DNA of 63,646 nt from Schmidtea nova (lineage: Eukaryota): NCBI GenBank assembly GCA_044892505.1, contig CM097882.1:361522001-361585646 (forward strand). Direction: 5' to 3'. Positions 24,576 to 36,961 of the stretch are shown piece by piece; the stretch's first letter is position 1, and each line of letters begins with the position of its first letter. Made by a program: the position numbers and the translations under genes. Below the pieces are notes generated by a model. The model saw only the letters and a program-made list of their open reading frames with translations, was not told where the DNA came from and did no database searches.

Positions 24576-24999
24576 CTCTAAAAGATTTTAGCTTAGAGAT
24601 TTTACAGTCGAAAATCTTTCTTTAAGAATAAAGTAAATTATGTAATATTACATTACGTCACATATTATTAAATATCTAATAATTAGCTTTTTTAATTAGA
24701 TAGGAGAAGATTCAACCGGCTTATCTTGGACTCCCAGACTTGTTATGACTGATAAAGCTGGCTATCAGAGCAGCCAATGTGTTAAACAGTAAATATAGTA
24801 TAATGATTCCCAAACTTTTGTGATCCATGACACATTTTTAAAAAATTATTTTTTTACGAACGACTTAACTATTAAAAACGCAGTCTAAAAATGAATAAAA
24901 CACCCCTTTTACTTTTAATTTTATTAATTTCCTTGCAAAATATAAACCTATCTATGAAATTTAAATGAAGCATTGGTTTAACAATAAATAAGCCAAATA

Positions 25000-25003
<4 letters not shown>

Positions 25004-25044
<41 letters not shown>
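25004..25044. repeat. (TA)n microsatellite
   Basis: Directly visible. Confidence 0.95.
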
Positions 25045-25046
<2 letters not shown>

Positions 25047-28000
25047 CATATAGACTCTTATATAGACTCTTCATATAGTCTCTTAGCTTTATATATTTGT
25101 TGGGTTTTTAGAGTTTTGGTATAAATTAATTTTGGTTCTGATTCCTAGTATCCTTTAGATAATAACAAAAATTCAACATATAAAAATATTTTTGACAAAT
25201 AACAAATTCTCTTTACAACTTCGATACAAATATGTTCTTTTTTGGATATAGAATACTAAGGATATCACTCGTAAAATCTGATTGACATGAAATTCACTAA
25301 GTTTCACTTCTTCGACCAACTGAAAAATGCGACTGAAATGAGTTAATTTAAATACTAAACTAAATCAATATAGGAAAAGAAGGAAACCCAGACAATAATT
25401 TACTTTTGTCATGCTACAGGTTTTCCCTTTTAACTTTGACAAATAATTTTCCAACTTTTCCAATCTGACAATTTGCTTCTTTCTCAACAATGATTGATGA
25501 GATAACCCTGATGATTAATGAGATCAATTAATTAATTAATATTTTTGCTCTAGCTCTTCCCAGGGATCCTAATTAATTTAAAATCATTTTATTCGTTTTC
25601 AACTTTCAATTTGCCATCGATTGCCACTTTTCCCTTTGAAAAAAATTTTTTAACCTTTTTCAAAATTTACTTAATGATTAATTAATTTCGCATTTCTCTT
25701 TAATTTTGTGTTATTATTTATAACCCCAACGTATTTCATAAGTTATTTCTTTTATAGTAAGAGTTTAGATCATCAATAAAACATTTTGATTAATTATTAA
25801 GACCAAATAAATAAAGAATCTGCTTTTATCTACTAATACAAATATATTATAAGTAGAAATAGTAATATCAAAAGTGTCATCATTGGGCTTTTCTTACTGC
25901 AACATATTTTTGTTAATTATGTTTGAGAGTTTTGTATATTTTGTGACGCGTCGATTCTTTGCATTGTTAGCTAATGACAACCTGGTAACCATGCTTTAGC
26001 TTAATTAGTCATAGAACATCTATCCAAAAAAGAAAATAGTGCAAAGCAACGGGAAAACGGGATATAAAACAAATTCAACTTTATCTAAAAATAATAGACC
26101 ATAGGAGTACATATTGATTTTTACTGCACCTTTTAACTACGGTAAATTTGAGATGCAGAACAAAACTTTCGTAATCACTTCGACTTTCGTCAACTAACAT
26201 CGATTTAGTATCCGGATTACCGAATCGTAGTAAAAACAGAATTTATAAACATCACGAAAAACGTTGAGCGAAAAATGTTACCTTCTAATTGAAAATGATT
26301 TACAATTTTTCAGATAATCATCTTAAAAATTTCTACGAGATTAAATTTACACAATACAACTGAGACAATACTAATAATTGAGATCAACTAAAATCTATAA
26401 TACAAGTTTTCTATAATTTAATACTAATTGGTTTGACAGATGGTGAATAGATAGCAACGAGATGTAACATCCAAGCTCACTCAAAACCATGTCATAATCG
26501 TTCCAATGAACTGAGCAAATGATTGAATGTCAAGTAGCAGATAGCTCAACAATTATAATATCTATTAAAATTTGTATTCATATTAAGATCAACGATAGAA
26601 AACATATAGTACATATAGTATGGAGCACGATTACTGATTCTTAGCAGGTAATGAAAGATCCTTGATTAAATTTTGCTTTTTTTAATTTTGGGTTTTTTTG
26701 TTTTAAATAAGAGCTTTTTAGTGACTTGGAATTGAATTTGAGATGAGTCTAGGAATTCTTTTGGTAAAATGATCAATAATTTTTGAAGATTTGAAAATCA
26801 ATCCCGATAAAGTCCAGATGTACTACAACGGCAGTTGCAAATCGAAATAGAAAGCGGATCACTTTGTGTATCCCAAATTTTTGTCACTGAAGAGTTAATG
26901 ACTACATTATGATATCCTTAAATTAAATTGTTGTTGTTACACTGAATCTGAATTTAATTTCTGTTGTTAAATTTCTTTTTCGTGTCAGTGCCACTAAACG
27001 CTTGTAAAACGTAAACAAGCAACTTGTGAAAATGATCATAATAGTATGTCAAATTTGTGAATAATATATTGTGACTTCGCGTTGGGACGCTTATGGTGAA
27101 AGGACTTTACTTTCAATTTTGTTTAGTACTTGCCTTCAAAGCTTACGTTTACAAAGATTTATACCGGATGACCGCTGAGTGAGACGATTGAAATTGATGT
27201 ACAAGGAAGCTAATCCAACAATACAAACTAGTCTGGTCTAATTTTTTAAATTTTTTATATCGTACACTATTTCATTTGAAGAGTCTTGATGAAAAATAAC
27301 TCAGTTAAAATTTAATTTAAAGGCAATCGAACAATAGAAAGTGGTCTCTCACGAATATTAGGAAATACGACACACGACCGAATTCGCTGAAATTTTCAGT
27401 TTAATACTATTTTATTTTTAACCTTCGAGTACCGAAACCTCGAAAATGGGATCGGAAACCGATGTGGGTACAAATGTATCCCGCGTAGTGTCGTGAAGGT
27501 TAATTAATTGCTGAACACAAAAAGGTTTCAAATAGATTTATTGCAGAGTTATTGTTTTAGATATTCTACAAGTGATTTTTTTTGTTACACTAGGTGGCAT
27601 AAGTTTGCAATGATACTTCACGACCTGGTAGAGCAACTAGTGTTGCTCATTGCTCCATGTCAGAATTTTAATAAGGTCAGTTACCAGTCTAACTGGCTAC
27701 TCAACAGTCATTAACAACCTACACAGTATGAACCATTCTGTGTGCAGCACTGTAGTCCTTACATTTTGTGGTAGACACCAGAGACAAAAAAACCGGTTGC
27801 ACATGCACTAATCCAGTTTCTCATAAGGAGCTAAAGAATAAGCCTTACGAATTCACAATAGTCCCCGTACGACAGAACATATTCTATTTGTTTTTGAAGG
27901 TTTGGGATTAAAGTTATATTTTCCCCAGTGTAGTAAAACAATCACTGTCATTAATGTTGCTATCAAGAGCATCAAACCTTAAATTGTCAATGAAATCCAA

Positions 28001-28418
28001 CTGGTATTTCAGTCAAATAAACAGCTCAACTTTAGATCGCTTCGAAACAAAGAATGCATCACACACGACATTAATCCTCGTCACATAAGAGATATGTGAA
28101 ATAAATGAAGAAAAAAATTTGAATAGAAAAATTGGCCAGGTTAATGCAAACAAATTAAATCTACCCAGTTCCATCCCAAGACGATGAAGCAAATTCTAGA
28201 AAAAACCGACTAAACAGCGCAGATCAAGAAATTCATTTCTGCAGTCAACATTAAGTTCTTTGGGCAATCCAAATTTCAATATCCAGTTGTTTCCTGATAG
28301 TTTTCTCATCCTGCTTATTTATGGCTGTTAATGAAATACACTTACTGTAGTGGTCATAGATAGCGCAGATATACTTTTCTCTATTGAATGTTTCTTTAAA
28401 TGGCATGCAAATTTCCAG

Positions 28419-28419
<1 letters not shown>

Positions 28420-28464
<45 letters not shown>
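28420..28464. repeat. Compound (TA)n(TG)n microsatellite
   Basis: Directly visible. Confidence 0.95.
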
Positions 28465-28466
28465 AT

Positions 28467-30070
28467 CAGTGGCGTTTCCTGGTTGTGCCTTCAAGGTATT
28501 ATGCTTAGGAATTTGAATACCCAAAATAATTAAAATAATAATAATAATTAATTAAGAAAATAATATTAGACAAACTATAATGTTTATGCTGATGAAAATT
28601 CGATTTTAAAAATATTCCAAAACTTTCCGTAATACGTACATCAATCTTTAAATTAAACAAAAACACTTTAACACTATAATCACTCCAAAGTTTACCATCA
28701 TTCTTTAAAAATGAAGTCCGCTCTTCTGGATTATTTCACGAATTTTGAAATCACATCATTGTGAAAGGATTCTTTCGCTTTTAAATCAAATATTAGATTT
28801 TTTGGATAATGTCCATTATCATGTCCATTACCTAGGTGGCAGATAATACCCATAACATTGAATTTAAAATTATTTATTTATAGATCTATTTATTGATTAA
28901 TTTAGAATAAAAACTATGAAAACTTCCAGAATATAGATGTTGCTTTCTGTGAGAAATATGACAGTATCTCAGGTTATTACCATTCTTCGCGCCAAAGAAT
29001 TACTGAAAAGAGCAATGAAATGTTCTTGTTGTGGTGAATTAATGGTAGAAAGAGAAAGAAAAGACAATATTGATGGTGTTTCTTGGGTTTGCTACAGCAA
29101 AGAATGCCCTAAAAAGAAAACCACAACAAGCATAAGAAATGGGTCTTTTTTCTCAGATTTTCGTTTATCACTAGCTGATGTATGGACTTTGGTGTTAATG
29201 TGGACCGAGTCTGTTCAGGTTTGTGATGCCGCCCACAGGTTTGGAATAAACAGGAAGTCTGTGAGTGCAGTATATGCAAAGCTTCGAGGGCTTGCATCGA
29301 AATATTTACTTACAGATCCTATAAGACTTGATGGGCCTGGTATTGTCTGTCAGATTGATGAAAGTCTCTTTTGCCACAAACAAAAGCATAATAGGGGAAG
29401 GGCAGCTGAGACTCAAAGCTGGGTGTTTGGGATAGCTGATACCAGCACAACCCCAGCAAAATATTATGTGGAAGTGGTGCCTGACAAATCTGCGAACACT
29501 CTCTTGCCAATAATTTCTAGAGTATGCCGCTCGGGACCAGTTATTTATAGTGATAAATAGGCAGCATACAAGAGAATAAATCAAAATTTGGGGCTTGTAC
29601 ACGAAACCATTAATCATTTTTTGAATTTTGTTGATCCTGATTCAGGTGTGCATACCCAAAATATAGAATCTCTATGGGCGCAGCTGAAAATGAAAATAAA
29701 GGCCATGAAGGGGATTCGTGGAAATCAACTTCCTCTTTTCTTAAATGAGCTTGTGTGGAAAAATAATGCACAAGCAAATATTTTAATTTATCTTGTTTGT
29801 GTGATGAAAACTCAATAAATCATGATTTGGTTTATTTATGTTTTCATAATTGAATAAAACTAATAGAATTCTTATTTATTATTATTTAGGTGGCAGATAA
29901 TACCCATGTATCTTGTAGGTGGCAAATAATGGACATGATCCGTATTTTCAATAGACATCAAGACTAACCCGTGAATACGTTCTTGTGACATTGTACTACA
30001 AGAATAACTTTTAATTCGTTTCAGTACTGAAAAACTTCGTCCTACCGGGACTGTAGTTGATGGCATTGAC
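28467..30070 (-). mobile_element. hAT (ZMYM1-type) transposase 3' remnant, split by the Merlin insertion
   Basis: cagtggcgt terminus at 28467. PSTTVPVGRSFSVLKRIKSYSCSTMSQERIHGLVLMSIEN lies on one side of Merlin, and DVISKFVK*SRRADFIFK continues on the other side. Confidence 0.7.
28804..29941 (+). mobile_element. Merlin/IS1016 (ISXO2-like) DNA transposon
   Basis: TIR ggataatgtccattat / ataatggacatgatcc. Transposase 28937-29818 with Zn finger CSCCG..WVC, QIDESLF, WVFG and HTQNIESLW; one in-frame TAG at 29558-29560. Confidence 0.9.
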
Positions 30071-30335
30071 AAAATTAAGTTTGTAAGGTTTACTCATTTC
30101 AGAAAATACCTGGCACATAGGAGATTGAAATGTTTAACAAAGCAAAAATACAGTTGTTTAGAGTGATTGTTAAATTGTTTTACATGCTATTGTTATATTA
30201 CAATACAGAATGCATTTTTAATGATTAACAAAAAAAATTCATGTGTACAATAATAAAATATTTAGAAATAGAATAAAAATCTTAAAAATTGTTTAGTCGT
30301 TCGGCGAACGACTAGAACCTCTCTAGAAAAAGCCG

Positions 30336-30338
<3 letters not shown>

Positions 30339-30417
<79 letters not shown>
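30339..30417. repeat. (TA)n microsatellite
   Basis: Directly visible. Confidence 0.95.
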
Positions 30418-30419
<2 letters not shown>

Positions 30420-30420
<1 letters not shown>

Positions 30421-30760
30421 GGTTCTGTTACCATAATGTACCTTGACTCGTTTTTCGATTATTTCGTTAGTATTCACATGATTTACAATTATAAATAGTT
30501 GATTTCACTTTATTTGTCAAATCTTCCATATCAAAATTATTTCGAATGTATTTTGAAACATTCACTGTTCCAACATGACATAATAATAAATGTGTTTTCA
30601 TATTCATTTCACGTCTATTAATTGCTGGAATCAATATTTTATTTTCTTTTGTGTAGATAACATCATTTCCTAATATAAACTTTTTGTTTATTTGTTTCCT
30701 TATTTTATCATTAATTTCGTACAATTATTACAATTATTATTTTATATTTTAATACTTTTA
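30420..30760 (-). mobile_element. Ty3/Gypsy integrase HHCC zinc-binding fragment
   Basis: KILIPAINRREMNMKTHLLLCHVGTVNVSKYIRNNFDMEDLTNKVKSTIYNCKSCE; truncated by the (TA)n tract. Confidence 0.75.
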
Positions 30761-30889
30761 TATACCGACCCTTTCCTATTACAGTTTAATAATATTTTTA
30801 ATTTGATAACTCTAGAAACTTAAAGTATCGGATTCTTTTGAAATATATGCAGAATCTTAGTAATTTATGTTTAATAAAATATAAATTAC

Positions 30890-31125
30890 CGGTTTAAGAA
30901 TTTTTGTCTTTGTAACTTTACCAGTTTTAATATTCAAGTGTTTTCGTAAACTCTCATTTAAAACATTTTTTGCTCCGGTGATTGATAGTTTTGCTAACAA
31001 AAGTGCTGTGACTTCTTTTCCCACAATAACTAAAATTTTACGAGCATTTTCTTTAGGTTGCTTTTCCTTTATCCGTTTCAATATATCGGTAAATGCATTC
31101 CATTTTGGCGGTATTTCTATATTTA
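30890..31125 (-). CDS. ERCC4: XPF/ERCC4 exon 3
   Basis: Phase-1 join ASE-L-NIEIPPKWNAFTDILKRI..KILVIV resembles human LVLESNPKWEALTEVLKEI..QVLIC; tttcag acceptor and GTAATT donor. Confidence 0.85.
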
Positions 31126-31659
31126 CTGAAAGAAAAAATATAAGAAAAAATGCCCAATATTTACTACAGTTATTACTGACCGTGGTGATATTTATAATAA
31201 TAAGCAAATATCACTGGTTAATAAAAGATAAATGGATGCAAAAAATTTGACGACTAATAAATAATCAAACTGATAAACATAAAAAGCAAAGTAATTAAAT
31301 ACATAGAAAGAACACGAAATAAATTTGCAAATAGAAATGAAAGCCGCAATACAAACATTTTGTATAAAATTCTAAGTATGTTCAAATCTTTAACACAGTT
31401 TTTATCAAAAAAGAAGAAATGTAAAGATTAAAAATTTAAAAATTATATTAAAATGTTATCTATATCAGAGTGAAAACTAATTCATAATAAATTCTTGATA
31501 TTTCAAGCGTATTAATCAAATTTGCATAACGTTGTCTTACCCACTTTTCTCCAATAACTAGATCAATAGTAATAGTTAGAAGTTATGTAAGGTTTTTGAA
31601 GCCCTTCTCAAAGTTAGACACATGGACGGGTTACACAAATAAAATTCAATTAAGAAATA

Positions 31660-32160
31660 AGAAATAATATAAAATAGTGGTTTTCTGGTAGTAGCATTAA
31701 TTAAATATTAAAAATTAAATGACAAGATAACCCTTTACTACAAAGTTTTATTGAGTGAAAATCTTATATCAGTTGCATAAATTTGTCAAATTTTGCATTT
31801 GTTGAAAGCATTATTTTTGGGTTGTTAATAGATCAAAACGCATTTTAAAAAATATATTTAAATCTTGCTACATATGATAAAAATATATTTTTTATGATCA
31901 TAATAAATTTATTAATTATAAGCGTTATTATTATTATTTGTAATTAATTGTTGTTATTAATATTATTAATTATTATTTTTTATCGTTTATAATATATATT
32001 TTTATAAATAAATGAATTGAAAATCTTCAACCAAGAATACTGATAAATTGTAATAAAATGATCTTGGCTAGATTATGCATTTAATTATGCAAATTTTCAA
32101 TTATTACTCAATACAAATTCGTGACAAAGGCTTTAAATTTTAATAAATAATAATTTACAA
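31660..32160. repeat. Diverged foldback-type element with AT-rich interior
   Basis: Left arm (ccctttactacaaagttttattgagt..gcataaatt) is an imperfect inverse of the right arm (..actcaatacaaattcgtgacaaaggct). Related to the arms of 33241-34492. Confidence 0.45.
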
Positions 32161-33468
32161 TATTATTAATAATATGGAAATCATAGAATAATAACAGTAA
32201 TAATAATGTTTTAATATTTTTAATAATTTCTAATATTTATAGCATCAAATGATGATTATCGTAAAAACGTGTTTTATTGTTGTGACAAATTCCAAGGCTT
32301 GTTTAATGTTCTTCATTTCTTAAGCCCGACCACTACCTGAAATTTCGTCGCAGAAGATTGGAAGATGTCATCTCTCTGAGTAAGGGTTACAAGATAAATA
32401 AATCTATCTTCGTAGTTCCTAAACGGATTAGAAAGAGATTTACGAGTTGGTTGTATAGGAAAAGACGTTTTTTCTTATGCCTTCCCTCTAGATCAGTGGT
32501 GAACAAACTAAGGCCCGCCTAACAATTTTATGTGGCCCGGTAATGATTTGGATACAAGTCCGTTTTTGTTTATGATTGTCATGTTCTGATGTCCAAAACA
32601 AAACAAGAATTATGGGAAGTTAAGACTGAACTATCTTATTTCAAGCCAATGACAGGAATGTTTTAAAAAGTGGTTATAAAAACTATGTAACTCTACTCTA
32701 CAAGAAAAACAGGTGTGTTTTTAATAAAGTTTTCACTCCTGTTTTCTTATTAGTGAGGGTTCGATATAACAATATGGATAATTTATAACCAATAACACCT
32801 GGTCAGATAAAGAAGGATATTGAACCTAAGAGAAGATAATAAATGAGTTTTAAATTTTTAAAAATTGATTAAATAAACCTTTCTATTTAGGAAGGGCTTT
32901 AAAATATATAAAGAGTGGGAAGAGTAACAAACACGAATAAAATAAATAAAAGATTTAACATTTAAAAATCAAACCTGGGAGAAGCACCTCCAATGTCAAA
33001 CACGAGACGGGGTACAGCAGATATGATTATTGTTATCAATGTGCTTATGGGGCCCACTTAGCATATGACAGATACCAATGCCGCCCTCCGTTAAAAAAAG
33101 TTTTCCCACCTCTGATTTTGATAGTCCAGAACGAATATCGTAATACTTTACAACGCACACGAACGAATTAGGATCCTCTCAATACTAGGCATTGTTAAGG
33201 TGTGGGTCAAATCATATAAAATGGTGATTTCTTGGTAACAGCATTAATTAATTAATAAATAACAAAATAAGCCTTTGCTGGAAAATTTTTTATTAAGTGA
33301 AAATTTTCGATTATAAAATAATCCTTATCAGTCTCTAATTCAGAATATAACTGGAATCTTCTTCGTGTATTGCTGTTTCTTTTTTAAAGAAAATAATTAA
33401 TACCGATTATAATTTAGACATCATACATATTGGTATCATGATATATTGGAACCAAGCACAAATAAATC

Positions 33469-33955
33469 TTTGTTACGACTTTGCTTCCTCTAAATAATCT
33501 AGTTTGAGTGTCTTTTCCCATTCGTAAAAATGTTTCCATTCTTTAGATTAGAATCCAAAAATCTCACTAAGTCCTTCAATCGGTAGTAGCGACGGGCGGT
33601 GTGTACGAAGGACAGTGACGTAACCAGTGCAAGCTAGTGAATTGCGCTTACTAGGAATTGCTTGTTCATGTGAAATAATTACAATTCAACATTGCTCGAC
33701 TATTTTTAGTTAGAAAATTCGTGGTCCTGTCAATGTAGTGCGAGTGCGGTCCCGGACATCTAAGGGCGTTACAGACCTGTTATTGCTCTTTCATATTGCC
33801 GAACGCTATTTATCCTTCTAAGAAGTGACAATTTACAAAGATTTATATAAATTCACTATTTAGAAAGTCGGAGTCTCGTCCGTTAATGGAATTAACCTGA
33901 CAAATCGCCCCACGAACGGCCACGAACCAACCACCGAATTAGGACAGAGCTATCA
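33469..33955 (-). rRNA. 18S rRNA 3'-terminal fragment (pseudogene)
   Basis: Minus strand reads gatagctc..gatttgtcaggttaattcc..gagcaataacaggtctgt..cccttagatgtcc..gtacacaccgcccgtcgctactaccgattg..aaagtcgtaacaa, with many substitutions and deletions. Confidence 0.9.
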
Positions 33956-33958
33956 GGT

Positions 33959-34176
33959 AATCTTTTACTTTACCGGTCCCAAAATTATTAAGATAATATA
34001 TTATTAATATTATTAATAATATTATTATATTATATTATTTATTATTATTATTATTATATTATTAATATTATTAATTAATATTAATTAATATTATTATTAA
34101 TATTATTATGATATATTATTAATATTAAGAAATTAAGATAATATATTTCTATGTGTGACCGGTAAAGTAAAAGATT
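33959..34176. mobile_element. MITE-like insert with a perfect 20-bp TIR
   Basis: aatcttttactttaccggtc (33959-33978) and gaccggtaaagtaaaagatt (34157-34176) flank a nearly pure A/T interior. Confidence 0.75.
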
Positions 34177-34742
34177 TTAAAAATATAAAAAAATTATTAA
34201 TATTATATTATTAAATTATATTATTATTATTATTATATTATTATTATTATTATTATATTATTATTGTATTATTATTATATTATTAATATTATTAATTAAT
34301 ATTATTATAATATTATTATAATATTATTAATTAATAATATTATTAATTATTAATTAATAAACAGCAATATACGAAGAAGATTCCACATATATTCTGAATT
34401 AGAGATTGATATGGATTATTTTATAATCGAAATTGTTCACCTAATAAAAGATTTTGCAGCAAAGGCTTATTTTGTTATTTATTAATTATTTTATTACTTA
34501 ATATAAAACATTTATAATAATAATATTATTATTAATTAATGATAAATCTAATATAAAAGAAATTATTAAAATATATTAATAATCATAAAAATTTCCCTAA
34601 AGAGAGCTTATGCACAAATCGGACCAATAACCGTTAATATTTCAACGTAAATAATTATATTGGTTAATATAATTATTAAACAAAAAATATTTTTATTTTC
34701 GAATAAAATAATTTATCATTGGATATTTATAAAAATTATTAC

Positions 34743-35019
34743 ATTCACTCGCAGTTACTATTTTCCGCCAATCAACGCTGACATCCTTAAATAAACGCAA
34801 TTTAGCACTATTAAATAGCTGATTTGCTGCTCGTAAAGTTATCCAATTGCTTTTCCCGGATAGTGCATTTGATTTCATTGAATCGAGTACAATAAAAAAA
34901 CTAACAGGATCTTGTTCAATTAAAATATGTGTCAAGCGTCGCATATCTCTAATCTCATGAATTAACTGGCGACTTTGTCGACTTATCTGACTCCAAATTG
35001 GTTCAAAGTAAATCCTCAC
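34743..35019 (-). CDS. ERCC4: XPF/ERCC4 exon 2
   Basis: VRIYFEPIWSQISRQSRQLIHEIRDMRRL..QDPVSFF resembles human [23 protein letters not shown]; 41-nt intron 35020-35060. Confidence 0.9.
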
Positions 35020-35060
35020 CTATTTCCATTTATGACGATAAAACAGAGAATTTCAATTAC

Positions 35061-35816
35061 CGTTCGATCAAATAGATTTGTCATTGCATTTTCTACAGTC
35101 AACTCATCACTGTCAATGAAAACATTGAGAATTTTCAATTCATTTAGCAATTCCTTGATAATATCGAGCAGAGAGATCTGACACGATGTGCTGTGTTGAG
35201 TGATTTCCAGCATAATTTCATGGATGTTTGGCTTACAATTATTGAGAGTTGTAACAACACTCAAACTGAACCTGGGCCATAAATAGACTTCTCTAACGTG
35301 TAAATTCATCATCACACGATCTAATGTGGAAAATCCAGCACTTAAACCCAAAGGATTATCACTAAAAGCTTTAACAAAACCGTTTGGATTGCTTTCTTTG
35401 AATAGTCTTAACGCAAAAGCCTCTTGACACGCTTCAGTAACTTTGTGACCTTTGAACACCAAAACTCCTGAAACTAGAGCCCCAGGAATGCGCCCCATCA
35501 GATAATCAACTATCAATATCTGACTGGAAATGAAAATCAGACCCCCTCTTTTATATGTATTTTCATGAGTTTTAGTTAAACATTCAGCAGTTATATGAAT
35601 TGGATCATGAGGGACACTGTCCTGTTTTAGTTTCTCTACATAATACTTTGACTCTTCCATTGAGGCATTTATCACTAATACTAGTACATCCTCAATGCAG
35701 TAAAGCTTAAGAAAACTATAAATTATTTTTTCAATTCCCATTCCTTTTCCAGATATCAGAAACGTGTTACCATTATACATATCGATTATCATTTCATTTT
35801 CATAATCTAAGAGCAT
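35061..35816 (-). CDS. ERCC4: XPF/ERCC4 exon 1 (inactive SF2 helicase-like domain)
   Basis: MLLDYE..GGLIFISSQILIVDYL..CQEAFALRLFK..GFVKAFSDNP..LWPRF; ATG at 35816. Confidence 0.92.
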
Positions 35817-36140
35817 TTTATTTAATATTATTTTTGTAGAGTATAAATGATTCAAAATAAATCGTAAAATTCAATTGAAAATAAATAATTAACAATTGTC
35901 TTTAAAAATATGAATATTTAAACAATTACGTAAAATTTGATATTTATTTTTATTTTACGTAATATTATTATTTTAAGTAGTTTTTTTATGTATAAAGTAA
36001 TTTTTCATTCCTTTTTTTAATATTTTAATTATTTTTTGTTAATAGTTCTTTAAATAGAGATGATTGAAATATTTTTAATATTTTGATAAATGATTTGGAT
36101 TTACTTTGATACATGTCATAAATTTTCTTGACCATAAATG

Positions 36141-36609
36141 TGTTGAGCCCGTACCTTCCTCGCCTTGTTTAAATAAAACGATAATAAAAAAGGTGGCAAA
36201 GTATTCAAAAAGGATTCAAATATGAACCAAAATAATTAAGAATAATTAACGAAAACGACCAAAGTACAAATAAAGTACATAAAATTAGGAATCTAATAAT
36301 AACCCATGCAAAGTGTTGGGCTGATTGAAGAGAGGTTCAATTTTTGTTTAAATACCTCAAAAATTAAATGCATACAAAAAGAGGAGAGCTAAAAGCGCAC
36401 GATAACCTATAAGAGCATTAAACAGATAAATAGCATAAAAGCATACAGGATATTAAAGCATAAATACTTTAATAAGTCAGTCAAGTTAGGGAGAAAACGA
36501 TAAAAAGATGCATCTCAAAAGAGACCATGCAATTTGAGCGCAGGCCAAATTTACATACGAAAGACCACACAAAAATTGAATGGAGGAGATCATTGCTAGT
36601 AAAAAGTAT
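36141..36609 (+). mobile_element. LTR-A copy 3, 5' part
   Basis: Starts TGTTGAG and carries the catctcaaaagaga..aatttgagcgcaggccaaattt block. Breaks off at 36609 and resumes at 41885. Confidence 0.7.
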
Positions 36610-36961
36610 TGGTGGGTTGTTGATCGTCAATATGACCTTGACGTTACCATGGCTCGTATCAACAACTCAACATATAAAACATTGAAATAACCATCTTGTT
36701 GCCCGTCACTAAGTAACGTTGGTAATGCAACAAATGGGTGGGTATTCGCAATCAGTGAGCGTCGTCAATACGAAACTATGATTGACCGAATATCTCCTGG
36801 GTCCAAGGGCTACCGATAGAAGGTTTAATGCCCATTTTGTCCCTTTAAATTAACCGCTCTATCGTTGTGGATTTTCAATACGAGATCTCCATTTGAATAT
36901 TTTCGCTAAACCGTGATTCATTTATAAATCAATTAATTTATTTGATCTCTTTTATTTTTAT

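Larger units (their letters stand above)
33241..34492. mobile_element. Foldback element with ~135-bp inverted arms enclosing an 18S rDNA fragment
   Basis: 33241-33378 is the reverse complement, with scattered mismatches, of about 34359-34492 (e.g. aattcagaatataactggaatcttcttcgtgtattgctgttt vs aaacagcaatatacgaagaagattccacatatattctgaatt). Confidence 0.8.

Noticed and set aside
25900-28400. Scattered coding-like fragments (possible decayed LTR or DNA element)
   Set aside because: No motif could be identified with confidence by eye.
28583-28625. CTGATGA..aaat tcg attt..aaaatatt hammerhead-like string
   Set aside because: Lacks GAAA (G12), stem I is poor, and it is plausibly chance in AT-rich DNA.
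31500-31570. Possible P-loop (IGE..GKTTL) on the minus strand
   Set aside because: Needs a frameshift and has no supporting downstream GTPase or NTPase motifs.
32496-33117. Possible hAT element (cagtggtgaacaaact ... agttttcccacctctg)
   Set aside because: TIRs are only partly matched and there is no 8-bp TSD; left unannotated.
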